A stretch of DNA of 63,841 bases, counting the filler, from Octopus bimaculoides (taxonomy: Eukaryota), in NCBI RefSeq assembly GCF_001194135.2. It is 4 parts of 4 records of this genome, joined end to end, with 100 filler letters (N's around TTAATTAATTAA, not from the genome) between each part and the next. Parts side by side here need not be neighbours in the genome. Positions count along the whole stretch, not along the records: positions 1 to 27,115 come from NC_069007.1; 3 more parts are not named here. One strand, given 5' to 3'. Shown piece by piece: positions 1 through 12,614 of this stretch (its first letter is position 1; each line of letters begins with the position of its first letter). The notes under the pieces were generated by a model. That model was not told the origin of the DNA. It worked only from the letters and a program-made list of their open reading frames with translations, and ran no database searches. The position numbers and the translations under genes are program-made.

Positions 1-1446
1 CAGTAGACATTCACCAAGAGGCCCACAAACACGTCTGGCATTGGAGTGTAAAGCTCGTAGGACAGACCATCCAAATCCATCGATCTACCTCTTGTGCACC
101 TTTTCATTGCTTCTTGTACTTCCCAGGCAGATACCAGTCTTTCGCAGCACTCCGCCTTATTGGCTGAGAGTCACGGCATACCGTCCAGGTACACACTAAA
201 GTCTGTCCCATTGTCCATCCCACCGCTCGTCCTGAACAGTCAAGCAAAGTGCTGCTGAAAGACCGCACACATCTGCTTCGGTTCAGAAACCTCGTGCCCA
301 TTCTGGTCCACCAAAGACCAAATGGTCGCTCTGTTGCCACGCTTTGCCTCTGCCACGCGGGCCCATTGAGTGGCCTTAGTCCCCTCCCCACTTACCAAAC
401 ATGCTTTAGCTTTGACAACGCAGCCTTCGTGTTTGGCATTGAGGGCCAACCTGGCCACCAACACGTCGGTTGCGATGCCTGTCCCAAGAGCCTCGTCTAG
501 TTTCCTAACTAAATCCTGCTCTGTTTTCTTACATTCTACAGCTAGAGCCTTACTAAACCTAATCGATTCTGCTCTAATTGCCCTCTTGAGAGCAAACCAC
601 CAGTTGTTATTGATGATTGCCCCCATCAATGCCTACTTAACTAATAAACTAATCCAGTCTCTGGAGACTTTGCATGCCGTTAGCGGTGTTTAGCTTCCAG
701 TAACCAGGACCCTGTCTATGGAGCTTACCTAAGTCGACCGTACAGATCATGAATTTTTGGTCCATGTAGCCAACTGTGTTGAATTGTAGACACGTTATGC
801 TGTCCTTATCCACTGGCCTACAAAGAACTCTATCTAAGTACGATCTAGACGACCCAATGCGATTAGTCCAAGTCCACATTGGCACATTTGGGTTGTTTAG
901 TCAATACCTGTCAGACAGCTGAAAGCATCTGAGCAGGTTAGTGAGGGTCTTGCACCCACCTCTCCTATTAGATGCTTCCATGCCCACCTGATTGAAATGT
1001 TCATCTATGACAGCATTCCAATTCCCAACTAGCACTAAAGTGCGGAATGTGCCCAAGAAAACCACCAGACACTTGAAATAATCCAACTTCCCTGCTCCTG
1101 TTGGAGTGTAGGCAGCCAGCAGTCTGAAGGCACCACTGTCACTACCGTCCACATTCAAGACCACCAACTTACGCTCTGGATCCAGGAAGACTGTCTTTAT
1201 TTTCAAATCCAGGCCTTTCCAAAATAACACTGCAGTACCACCACTGCCTGCTCCCAGCCGACACAGAGATAGAAAAATCTCGTATCCGCCGGAAAGGGCT
1301 GCAAGTTCCCGCAGGTCGGAGAGCCTGGTTTCGCTAATGGCTGCTACATTCACACTGTAAGACCTCAGGTCGTTTAACAGGTGACCCTGTTTCCAAGGTG
1401 ACCCGAGGCCTCTCACATTTATACTACCGATTCTCAGCACAACCAT
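1..1446 (-). mobile_element. Degenerate non-LTR retrotransposon ORF2 (L1/Tx1 clade): APE endonuclease, linker and start of RT
   Basis: ATG at 1446 opens MVVLRIGSINVRGL...AAISETRL...LVLVGNWNAVID (APE motifs). It continues, across stops and frameshifts, with GPGYWKLNT, WWFALKRAIRAESIRFSK and, at 1-120, RGRSMDLDGLSYELY (matches KSPGLDGLPYEFY, RT domain 0). Runs off the left edge. Confidence 0.9.
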
Positions 1447-1614
1447 GTTGGAAAAAAAAAAGTATTTATACAGGGGAAAAAGCTCTACTTACCACTGTTG
1501 TCTGGTGGGGTGGCTCCCTTGTGCTTTTGTGTGGGTATTTCCACCAGATTTCTGAAAAGTTTTTTGGAGAAACTTCTCCCTAGCAACCCAATATCGTCTG
1601 GAAATTTGCTTGTT

Positions 1615-1879
1615 ATTTTACTCTCTTTTACTCTTTTACTTGTTTCGGTCATTTGACTGCGGCCATGCTGGAGCACCGCCTTTATAGTTGAGCAAATCAA
1701 CCCCAGAGCTTATTCTTNNNNNNNNNNCACCGCCTTTATAGTTGAGCAAATCAACCCCAGAGCTTATTCTTTGTAAGCCTAGTACTTATTCTATTGGTCC
1801 CTTTTGCCGAACCACTAAGTTATGGGGATGCAAACACATCAGCACCGGTTGTCAAGTGATGCTGGAGGGACAAACATAC

Positions 1880-1910
<31 letters not shown>

Positions 1911-2070
1911 CATATACGATGGGCTTCTTCCAGTTTCTGTCTACCAAATCCACTTACAAGGCTTTGGTTGGCCCGAGGCTGTAGTAGAAGACACTTGCCC
2001 AAGGTGTCACGCTGTGGGACTGAACCCAGGACCATGTGGTTGGTAAGCAAGCTACTTACCACACAGCCAC
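1615..2070 (-). mobile_element. tRNA-derived SINE, family A (CORE-like segment, internal CA/TA microsatellite)
   Basis: Reverse complement has head GTGGCTGTGTGGTAAG...GGGTTCAGTCCC (A/B boxes), ACCTTGGGCAAGTG, an internal microsatellite and an (AAAAGAGT)n tail. Same layout as the 9048-9468 copy. Confidence 0.8.
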
Positions 2071-2494
2071 TTGAAATTTTCAGTGTGAGTATGTGTGCTG
2101 GTGATGTGTTGTGTGTGGGTATGACAAAATCAGAAATCTCCATGTCTGTAGTAGTAGCAGCAGCAGCAGTAGCAGTAGTAGTAGTAGTAGTAGTAGTAGT
2201 AATAGCAGCAGCAACAACTACATCAATAATAATCTTCATTAACCTTCATTACGTCCAGTTTCCCATGCTGGTTGATGTAGTTGGGTGTGTTCTCTCCGGC
2301 AGCTTAATTCATTGCTTCCTTTTTCTGTTCGATTCCATTCTCAATATCGCACCGTATTCCTACCAATCTATTTTGAGGAATTTCTCCCTTGCACCTTTGT
2401 AATATCTCTTCCATATAATCTGCTTGTCATGCTTTCTGGTTTTACTTTGGATTCCAGTTCCGCTGAAATGGTAGATTATAAAGTGACTTAGTTC

Positions 2495-2608
2495 TCTCTT
2501 TCTCTTTCTTTTTTTCTTTATTTTGTCTTTTTTTTTCTCTCACTCTCTCTCTCTCTCCCATTCTTTCTCACTCTCTTTCCTTGCCTCTCTCTCTCTCTCT
2601 CTATTTAT

Positions 2609-2639
<31 letters not shown>

Positions 2640-3520
2640 CCATTCTTTTTCACTCTCTTTACCTATCTGTCTCTTTTTCTCTTCCTCACTCATTCTTTCT
2701 CCNNNNNNNNNNNNNNNNNNNNNNNNNNNNNNNNNNNNNNNNNNNNNNNNNNNNNNNNNNNNNNNNNNNNNNNNNNNNNNNNNNNNNNNNNNNNNNNNNN
2801 NNNNNNNNNNNNNNNNNNNNNNNNNNNNNNNNNNNNNNNNNNNNNNNNNNNNNNNNNNNNNNNNNNNNNNNNNNNNNNNNNNNNNNNNNNNNNNNNNNNN
2901 NNNNNNNNNNNNNNNNNNNNNNNNNNNNNNNNNNNNNNNNNNNNNNNNNNNNNNNNNNNNNNNNNNNNNNNNNNNNNNNNNNNNNNNNNNNNNNNNNNNN
3001 NNNNNNNNNNNNNNNNNNNNNNNNNNNNNNNNNNNNNNNNNNNNNNNNNNNNNNNNNNNNNNNNNNNNNNNNNNNNNNNNNNNNNNNNNNNNNNNNNNNN
3101 NNNNNNNNNNNNNNNNNNNNNNNNNNNNNNNNNNNNNNNNNNNNNNNNNNNNNNNNNNNNNNNNNNNNNNNNNNNNNNNNNNNNNNNNNNNNNNNNNNNN
3201 NNNNNNNNNNNNNNNNNNNNNNNNNNNNNNNNNNNNNNNNNNNNNNNNNNNNNNNNNNNNNNNNNNNNNNNTCTGTCTCTCTCTGTCTGTCTCTCTCTGT
3301 CTGTCTCTCTCTGTCTGTCTCTCTCTGTCTGTTTCTCTCTGTCTGTCTCTCTCTGTCTGTCTCTCTCTGTCTGTCTCTCTCTGTCTCTCTGTCTCTCTGT
3401 GTCTCTATGTCTCTCCTCTCTGTATCTGTGAGTCTGTGTGTGTCTCTCTCTCTCTCTCCCCCCACCTCTCCTCTGTCTGTGTGTGTGTGTGTCTCTCTTT
3501 CACCCACCCCCCTTCCCTTT
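2495..3520. repeat. (CT)n/(CTGT)n low-complexity tract around an N gap
   Basis: Read directly from the sequence. Confidence 0.95.
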
Positions 3521-3602
3521 TGCTGCTACAATGTGGCAGAAGAAAGGATAAAAAAATTATACAACAAAAACATAAAAGAAATAATGAAGATATCAAAACT
3601 TC

Positions 3603-4050
3603 CGTCATGGCTGTTTGGATAAGAAGTTCACTTAGCATCTCCATGGTTTCAGGTTCAGTCCCACTGCATGGCACCTTGGACAACTGTCTTCTACTATTGT
3701 CCCAGGTCAATGAATGGGTTTTCTTGACGAAAACTGAAAGAATCCCGTAGCTTTGTGGTAAGAAGCTTGCTTCTCAACCACATGGTTTTGGGTTCAGCCC
3801 TCTTGCATGGTACCTTGGGAAAGAGTTTTCTACTGTAGCCTTGGACTGATTAAAGCCTTGTGAATAACTTTTCTAGATGGAAACTGAAAGAATCCCGTAG
3901 CTTTGTGGTAAGACGCTTGCTTCCTAACCACAACATGGTTTTTGGTTCAGTCCCCTTGCATGGTACCTGGAGTCTTCTACTATAGCCCTGGGCTGATCAA
4001 AGCCCTGTGAATGGATTTGGTAGTTGGAAACCAAAAGAAGCCTGTTGTAT
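3603..4050 (+). mobile_element. Three tandem 5' halves of SINE family A
   Basis: Head ...GGTTCAG(T/C)CC...GCATGG(C/T)ACC...GAAACTGAAAGAA recurs at about 3603, 3745 and 3897 (period about 150 bp). Confidence 0.7.
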
Positions 4051-4317
4051 ATCATCGTCGTTTTAATGTCCTCTTTTCCATGCTTGCATGTGTTGGACAG
4101 AATGTGTCGAGGCAGATTCTCTATGTCTGGATGCCCTTCCTGTTTCCCCTGAAGCCAGACATGTTTTCGGGGTAGACTGGAAACGAACAACACCACTTGT
4201 ATGATGGTGAAACTCATTTACGACTGTCACACCATGTCAGCACAAGGAGAGACTTTAACCGGTGTGGGTCGTGGCAACCATCTAACTCATGCCAGCATAG
4301 ATATACAGATGTAAAAC

Positions 4318-4640
4318 TGATGCAGTTGCAGATGTTGATAATGATGATGACGATGACAAGAATGATGTTGATGATAGTGATGATGATGATAACGATAATA
4401 TTGATAGTTATGATGATTATGATGTTTATGATACTGATGATGGTGGTGATGCAGGATATGGTGATGGTGAAGATGGTGATGATGGTGAAGATGGTGATGA
4501 TGGTGTCCATGTTGATAATGATGGTGGTGGTGATGATGGTGATGTGATGACAACGATGGCAATGATGATGATTTTGCTGATGATGACGGTGATTATTATA
4601 ATGATAGTGATGATGATGAGGATGATGATGATGTTGATAA
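4318..4640. repeat. Degenerate (GAT/GGT)n trinucleotide repeat
   Basis: Read directly; the source of the spurious poly-Met/His ORFs. Confidence 0.9.
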
Positions 4641-4656
4641 TCATGATGTTAGCGGT

Positions 4657-4877
4657 TATACTCTCTTTTACTCTTTTACTTGTTTCAGTCTTTTGACTGT
4701 GGCCATGCTGGAGCACCGCCTTTAGTCGAGCAAATCGACCCCTGGACTTATTCTTTAGAAGCCTAGTACTTATTCTATAGGTATCTTTTGCCGAACCGCT
4801 AAGTTACGGGGACATAAACACACCAGCATCGGTTGTCAAGCGATGTTGGGGGGACAAACACAGACACACATACATAT

Positions 4878-4908
<31 letters not shown>

Positions 4909-5040
4909 CATATATACGATGGGCTTCTTTCAGCTTCCGTCTANNNNNNNNNNCCGAACCGCTAAGTTACGGGGACATAAACACACCAGCATCGGTTGTC
5001 AAGCGATGTTGGGGGGACAAACACAGACACACATACATAT

Positions 5041-5071
<31 letters not shown>

Positions 5072-5236
5072 CATATATACGATGGGCTTCTTTCAGCTTC
5101 CGTCTACCAAATCCACTCACAAGGCTTTGGTCGGCCCAAGGCTATAGTAGAAGACACTTGCCCAAGATGCCATGCAGTGGGACTGAAACCGGGACCATGT
5201 GGTTGGTAAGCAAGCTACTTACCACACAGCCACTCC
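4657..5236 (-). mobile_element. SINE family A copy (includes a gap-flanking duplication)
   Basis: Same head, core and tail as the other family A copies. Confidence 0.8.
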
Positions 5237-5809
5237 GACGCTAATAACGGTAATGATGATGCGGATGGTGATAACTATGACAAGAATGATGTCAAATGAT
5301 GGTAACGATAATTATAAAAACGAATGCGGACAGAGCTATACCCCGCCCCACCATAAAGTTTTGGCCAGATCTATGGCTATATTTAATTATATCAAAGCCA
5401 CAGTATACTTGACCCACCCTCATTCCACTCTCTCTGGAAGGACGAAAGACTAAATCCACCTCGGCAAGCAATATTGAATTTCGCACTTAACACAGCAGTG
5501 CAATTTACATGATGCTCAACCGATTAACAGATTCTGTCATTCCGCATTTTTACTGCGGCACGAGTTATGACAACATTCGTTTGAACTGTGAGCATCCTGT
5601 AATTAACAGTGAATGTATTGCATTTAATTAATTTGTTAATCAATGTTAAATGTTGATTTAAACTTGATTATGTGTTTACTAGGAAAGAGAAGATCAATGA
5701 GAATTAACGAATTAATTAAACGACAAATGATAAGAAGCTGTTGCTGTATCAAAAAAAATAAATGAAATATATTCCAGTGAATTATCTTATAAAACACTTT
5801 TTTTTTGCT

Positions 5810-6700
5810 TACGTGTGTGTGTGTGTGTGTGTGTGTTGATATGAGTGTGTCCATTTGTGTGTGAGTGTATGTCATTGTATTTATGTATGTGCGTGTGTTT
5901 CACCATGCGTCTGTATTTGTGTTCATGTGTGTGTATATTTGTGTTCATGCATGTGTGTGTGTGTATATTTGTGTTCATGTGTGTGTATATTTGTGTTTAT
6001 GCATGTGTCAATGTGTGTGTGTGTGTGTGTATTTGTTTTCGTGTGTGTGTGTATATTTGTGTTTATGTATGTGTGAATGTGTGTATGTATTTGTGTTTAT
6101 GCATGTGTGTATGTGTGTGTGTGTATATATTTGTGTTTGTGTGTGTGTGTATTTGTGTTTATGTGTNNNNNNNNNNNNNNNNNNNNNNNNNNNNNNNNNN
6201 NNNNNNNNNNNNNNNNNNNNNNNNNNNNNNNNNNNNNNNNNNNNNNNNNNNNNNNNNNNNNNNNNNNNNNNNNNNNNNNNNNNNNNNNNNNNNNNNNNNN
6301 NNNNNNNNNNNNNNNNNNNNNNNNNNNNNNNNNNNNNNNNNNNNNNNNNNNNNNNNNNNNNNNNNNNNNNNNNNNNNNNNNNNNNNNNNNNNNNNNNNNN
6401 NNNNNNNNNNNNNNNNNNNNNNNNNNNNNNNNNNNNNNNNNNNNNNNNNNNNNNNNNNNNNNNNNNNNNNNNNNNNNNNNNNNNNNNNNNNNNNNNNNNN
6501 NNNNNNNNNNNNNNNNNNNNNNNNNNNNTGTGTATGTTTTTACATGTGTGTGTGTGTTTGTGTGCATGTGCTATTATGAATGTGTGTATTTGTGTGAGTG
6601 AGTGTATGTATGTTTGTGTGTGTGTGGTTTTATCTCTCTGTGAGTGTACTTAATGTGTATGCATGTGTGTATGCGTGTGTGTGTTTAGGTGTGTATGTGT
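5810..6700. repeat. (GT)n/(GTAT)n compound microsatellite
   Basis: Read directly. Confidence 0.95.
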
Positions 6701-8384
6701 GTGCTATTGTACCATTATATATTTGAGTTTCTATGGTAATAAATGTTTATGACGATAATGACAGTAATGACTATGATTATAACGAAGATGATGATGATGT
6801 TACTACTCCAGGTCAGAGTAGACCAGGGAACAATAACAGCTAAATGGTGGTTCCACATTCCTGAAGACCCTGCAAACCCTGAGCCAGGGTTTTCTGAGTA
6901 GATTTGGTAGATGGAAACTGAAAGAAGCCTGTCATGTATGTGTGTGGTGTTTTATGAATATACATATATGTCTGTATGCCATGTTGGTGATTGTGACTGT
7001 TCCACCACAACTGGTGTTGGTTTGTCTACATCCTTGTAACATTGTCACATGGCAAAAGAGACTGAAAGAATAAGTGCCGTAGAACTACAAACTGGGATCA
7101 ATCTGTTTGACTAAACCACTGAGAGCCATGCTCCAGCTTGGCCACAGTCCACTGGCGGAAACAAGTCAAAAGATATTTAAGTGAATGAATGTTTCAGTTG
7201 ATTCAATCAATGGAACAGCTTGCTTGTGAAATTAACATGCAAGTGGCCGAGTACTCCACAAACATGCATATCCTTAATGTAGTTCTCAGGAAGATTCAGT
7301 GTGACACAAAATGTGACGTGGCTGGTGCTTTTGAATTACTGGTACAACTCATTTTTGCTGGCCAAGTGGACTGGAACAACGTGAAATAAAGTGTCTTGCT
7401 CAAGGACACAATCTGCCACTGAGTATTGAACCCAATACCTGACAGTCATGAGCTGAATATCCCTAACCACTAAGCCACGAGCCTTCACAAGTCAAAAGAT
7501 AAAAAGAAGATAATTTATACTTTTAATGTTATTTTGTTCTGTCTGTATAATTTTAGAAATAGCATTTCTTAAAATGTCACTCCGCAGTAAATATTTGCGA
7601 TTTTAACATTTTGCATTAAAATATAATTGGTTTGCATAAAGAGACAAAAAGAAAGAAAGAAAAATTCTTTTTTTTAAATATTTTTTACTCTGTACCAAAT
7701 ATTAATTTTACGTTTTTTGCATCAATTCTTTTTATTCCAATTTATGTTAAATGTCAGTTTTTCTCAAGTGTCTGCCATAATATTATTTTATTTTACTTTA
7801 ATTTATTTATTTTCTCTATGTGCATGTGTGCGCATAGTTTATTACGTGTGCATGTATGTGTATTTGTGTGTGAATGTGTTTGTATGTGAATGTGTTTGTG
7901 TGTGTGTTTATTTCTCAAGTAATCATATATTTAGATAACCATATATTATTATTATTGTTGTTGTTGATATTTTCTTTCTATAAAGTATATTTGCTTATTT
8001 TTCATTATTTTTATTTCATCTATTTATTTATTCTAAATTCTTTATTATATAGAAAAATTTTCCACAATTTCTCTTGTATTATTTATTGATCGTTAAATAT
8101 CATTATTATTTCTAAATTTCAATACAATCTTTTGATTAAGCTACTGCGATTGTCTTCTTCAATAGCTCGTTATTCAATAAACTTGTTATTATATTGATTG
8201 TGGATTTTAATTGAATGCTGTAAGCAATATAAACTATTAAAGGAATTTCACTTAGAAATTATTTATTATTGAAGTAAACACATGTCTGAGAACTAAATAC
8301 TATGATGGATCGCATTCTTGTTGTTGTTGGTGGTGTTGCTAAATTAAGAAAATTATTATTATTATTAATAGCAGTAAGAATGAT

Positions 8385-8862
8385 GATGATAACAATTCTT
8401 TCTAATTTTGGCGCAAGGCCAACAAATTTTGAGTGGAGAGGGCAAGTGAGTTATATTGTCCCAAGTATTCAACTGGTACTCATTTTATCAACCCAGAAAG
8501 GATAAAAGACAAAGTGGACCATGGTGGAATTTTAACTCGGAGCATAGAGATGGATGAAATGCTGCTGAGCATTATGCCCACCGTGCTAATGATTCTGCCA
8601 GCTCACTGCCTTGTAGTTGTAATAATAATGATAATAATAATAATGGTTTCAAATTTTGGCACAAGACCAGCTAGTTTGGATGGAGTTGGGTAAGTGAATT
8701 ACATCAATCCCAGTACTCATCTGGTACTTAGTTTATTGACCTCAGTGGAATTTGNNNNNNNNNNNNNNNNNNNNNNTAGCAATGGGCGAAATACTGCCAA
8801 GCATTTCGTCCAGCGTGCTAATGATTCTGCCAGCTTGCTGCCTTGTAGTTGTAGTAGTAATA

Positions 8863-8919
<57 letters not shown>

Positions 8920-9532
8920 GTTTCAAATTTTGGCACAAGACCAGCTAGTTTGGATGGAGTTGGGTAAGTGAATTACATCAATCCCAGTACTCATCTGGTA
9001 CTTAGTTTATTGACCTCAGTGGAATTTGAACTCAGAATGTGAAGATAGGCGTAGGAGTGGGTGTGTGGTAAGTAGCTTGCTTACCAACCACATGGTTCCG
9101 GGTTCAGTCCCACTGCGTGGCACCTTGGGCAAGTGTCTTCTACTATAGCCTCAGGCCGATGAAAACCTTGTGAGTGGATTTGGTAGATGGAAACTGAAAG
9201 AAGCCGATTGTATATATGTATATATATATATATACACATGTGTGTGTGTGTATATGTTTGCGTGTCTGTGTTTGTCCCCCCAACATCGCTTGACAACCGA
9301 TGGTGGTGTGTTTACGTACCCCATAACTTAGTAGTTCGGCAAAAGATACCGGTAGAATAAGTACTAGGCTTACAAAGAATTAGTCCTGGGGTCGATTTGC
9401 TCGACTAAAGGCAGTGCTCCAGCATGGCCACAGTCAAATGACTGAAACAAGCAAAAGAGAGTAAAGAGTACAGACAAAATGCTTAGCAGCATTTTGCCTG
9501 GCTTGATAACAATTCTGCCAGCTCGCTGCCTT

Positions 9533-9565
<33 letters not shown>

Positions 9566-10620
9566 ATAATAATAATCCTTTCTACTATAGGCACAAGGCC
9601 TGAAATTTTATGGGAGGGGGATAGTCGATTTCATCAACCCCAGTGAGTAACTGGTACTTATTTCATCGGCCCCGATAGGATGAAAGGCAAAGTCAACCTC
9701 AGCGGAATTTGAACTTGGAACGTAGCGATGGGTGAAACGCCACTAAGCATTTCGCCCCACATGCTAACGATTCTGCCAGCTCGCCACCTTAAATGATAGT
9801 GATAATAACAATAATAATTATTTCAAATTTTTGCCATTGAGGTTTATTACTTATAGATGCTATCTGCAATGCAAGCCAATAGTTAAGTTATCATTAACAC
9901 AAATTAATATAGTGATCATTAAATACTTAATTAGAAATAACACGGTGACTTAAAAGACATCATTAACTCAATTATTGATATTATTTTAATTATTTCAATA
10001 AGTTCAACTGATACTTATTTTATCGACCCTGGAAGGATGAAAGGCAACGTCGACATTGGCAGAATTTGAACTCGGAACGTAGCAGCAGATGAAATACCGC
10101 TAAGCATTTTGCCTGGCATGCTAGCAATTCTGCCAGCTCACTGCCTTAAATAATAATAATAATAGTAATAGTAATAATGATAATAATAGTAATAGTAATA
10201 GTAATAATAATAATAATAATAATTATTATTATTATTTTGGCACAATGGAAACAATTTTTGAGGGTAGGGAGTAAGATGATTATGTCAGCCCCAGTGCTCA
10301 ATTTACATTTATCAACCTTGGTGGCATTTGAACTCCAAATGTAAGGAGCCAAAAGGAATGCCGTTAGGCATTTTGTCTGGCACACTAAGAATTCTTCCAG
10401 CTTGAAACCTTGAATCCTCCCTATTAAAGACACAAGGTCTGAAATTTTGTCGGAGAGGGTAAGTCAATTAGATCGACCCCAGTGATTGACTGATACTTAA
10501 TTTATTGACCCCGAAAGGATGAAAGGCAAAGTCAACCTCGACAGAATTTGAATGTAGAATGTAAAAATGGATGAAATTCTGCCAAGTGTTTTGTTCGACG
10601 TGGTAACAATTTTACCTTTT
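8385..10620 (-). mobile_element. Cluster of about 7 co-oriented family B SINEs (tRNA head, Nin/Deu-like core) separated by (AAT)n, with a family A copy inside
   Basis: Recurring GGATGAAAGGCAAAGTC(G/A)ACCTC..GG.ATTTGAACTC and TTCTGCCAGCTC.C.GCCTT at about 8.4, 8.7, 9.0, 9.6-9.8, 10.0-10.15, 10.25-10.4 and 10.45-10.6 kb. The Nin/Deu assignment is from memory of the CTTTCATCCTT..GGGTCGATAAA...GTACCAG core. Confidence 0.7.
9048..9468 (+). mobile_element. Full-length SINE family A
   Basis: GGCGTAGGAGTGGGTGTGTGGTAAG (A box), GGGTTCAGTCCC (B box), CACCTTGGGCAAGTG (CORE-like), (TA)n(GT)n hinge, 3' half ending AAAAGAGAGTAAAGAG. Confidence 0.85.
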
Positions 10621-10734
10621 TTCCTAGTATGATTGATAAAATAAATACCAGTTATTCACTGGGGTCAATGTAATCGACTAGCCTCCTCCCATCAAAATTT
10701 CAGGCCTTGTGCTTATTGTAGACAAGACTATTAT

Positions 10735-10940
10735 TATTACTTTTACTTGCTTCAGTCATTCGACTGTGGCCATGCTGGGGCACCAACTTGAAGCATTTTT
10801 AGCCAAATAAATCAACCCCGAACCTTTTTTTTTTTTTTTTGATATCTGGTACTTATTCTATATATCTCTCTTGCCAAACTGATAAGTTACAGGGATGTAA
10901 ACACACCAACACCAGTTGTCAAGTGGTAGTGGGACGCACG

Positions 10941-10981
<41 letters not shown>

Positions 10982-11148
10982 ATGATGGGTTTCTTTCAGT
11001 TTCTGTCTCCCATATCCACTCACAAGACTTTGGCCAGCCTGAGGTTATAGTAGAAGACATTTGGTCAAAGTGCCACGCAGTGGGACTGAACCCGGAACCA
11101 TGTGGTTTGGGAAGCAAGCTTCTTACTTACCACACAGCCATGCCTACA
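10735..11148 (-). mobile_element. SINE family A copy, inverted relative to 9048-9468
   Basis: Reverse complement matches the family A layout. Confidence 0.8.
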
Positions 11149-12614
11149 CCTATTATGATGTGTGGGGATTACCAGAATTGTTAGAACATAAAGCAAAATG
11201 CCACATAGAACATGAAGTATGAGAAATTGTACTGAGTTCAAATTTCTTGTTATTGGAAAGGCATTTAAAATTATAAAAAAAAGTCATTGATGTTTATTAC
11301 TTATAGATGCTATCTGCAATTCAAACCAATAGTTAAGTTATTATTAACACAAATTAATATAGTGATCATTAAATACTTAATTATATATAACACGGTGACT
11401 TAAAAGACATCATTAACTCAATTATTGATATTATTTTAATTATTTCAATAAAACGCTTTTATATACATGGAATTTAGTAATGAGCGTTTTAATTAATTTA
11501 TGGTAGCGAATTGGTAGAGTTGTTAGAGCATATCTTGTGGTATTTGTTCCAATACTATTCATTTTGAGTTCAAATCCTGCCAAGGAAGGTTAATTTTGAC
11601 TTTTATCCTTTTGGGGGTTGATAATATAAAATACCTACTCAAGGTGTTTGTTTGGATGAATTGTTAGGACCTTGTGGTACTTGTTCCAGCTCTCTATGTC
11701 CAGGGTTCAAATCCTACCTATGTTAACTTTGCTTTTCATTTTTTTAGGGGTTGATATGATAAAATATCAGTCTATAGTAGGGGACCCACAGAGTTGTTAA
11801 AATATTGGACAAAAATACTTTGTGTTTGTTTTAGCCCTTAGTATTCTATTTCATTGTAGACTTAGTCCACCATGCAGTTTAGCCCTACCATCATTGCACC
11901 TTGGATGTCTTTAGTAGGTCCCCCCCTCCATTGCTTGCATTATAGGGACTTGGTGTCTGGTCTCTTGGGCCCTAGAAACCATGATGATCTTCTTGAGGAC
12001 ATTTGATCTCAACCACTTAGACTACTGATCCCAACTATGCTCACCACACTGCATCACACAGGATAAAATTACTGGCAGAACTCAAAGCAATCTAGTGAAG
12101 CACCATGAAGAAGATGGTCTCAATGTGTCTGGTCAGGTAATGGGAATGGCTGAAAAACTTAAGACTCTACTTCCCAGGACTGCATATCATTAGGAAGAGC
12201 ATCCAATTGTGGAAATCATGCTAAAGTATACATTGGAGTTTGGTGCAGTCCTGCGAATTGTCAGATCCAGTTGAACTGTCAAACCAGGGTCCATGTGGCC
12301 AATGAGGGTCCACATAAAAAATTTGTGGGGTCTTCACATCGAAGTAGTAAATTGGGGATCTACAATAGTAATTTAAGGTCCCCCCACCTCACGAAAAATT
12401 TGGTTTAGATGTATGTGGAAGGAAAGCCAGCCATAGACACCATGCCAAATCAGACTGGAATTTGGTGCAGCTTCCCATCTTGCCTACTTTGGTAAATCTG
12501 CCGAACCCATGCCAGCATGGACAGTGGATATTAAAAGATGATGATTGCAAGAAACAGCTCAGTTTCTTTCTTTTATGTTTTACAGAGTTCAACCTACACT
12601 AATGTGGGAAAAAC

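Noticed and set aside
1677-1775. Direct repeat flanking a 10-N gap (also 4793-5103, 8640-9030, 17170-17345)
   Set aside because: Near-identical sequence on both sides of tiny gaps is the signature of unmerged contig overlaps, not biology.
8140-8300. Possible further hammerhead (AAACACATGTC)
   Set aside because: No recognisable CUGANGA core or G12; too decayed to support.
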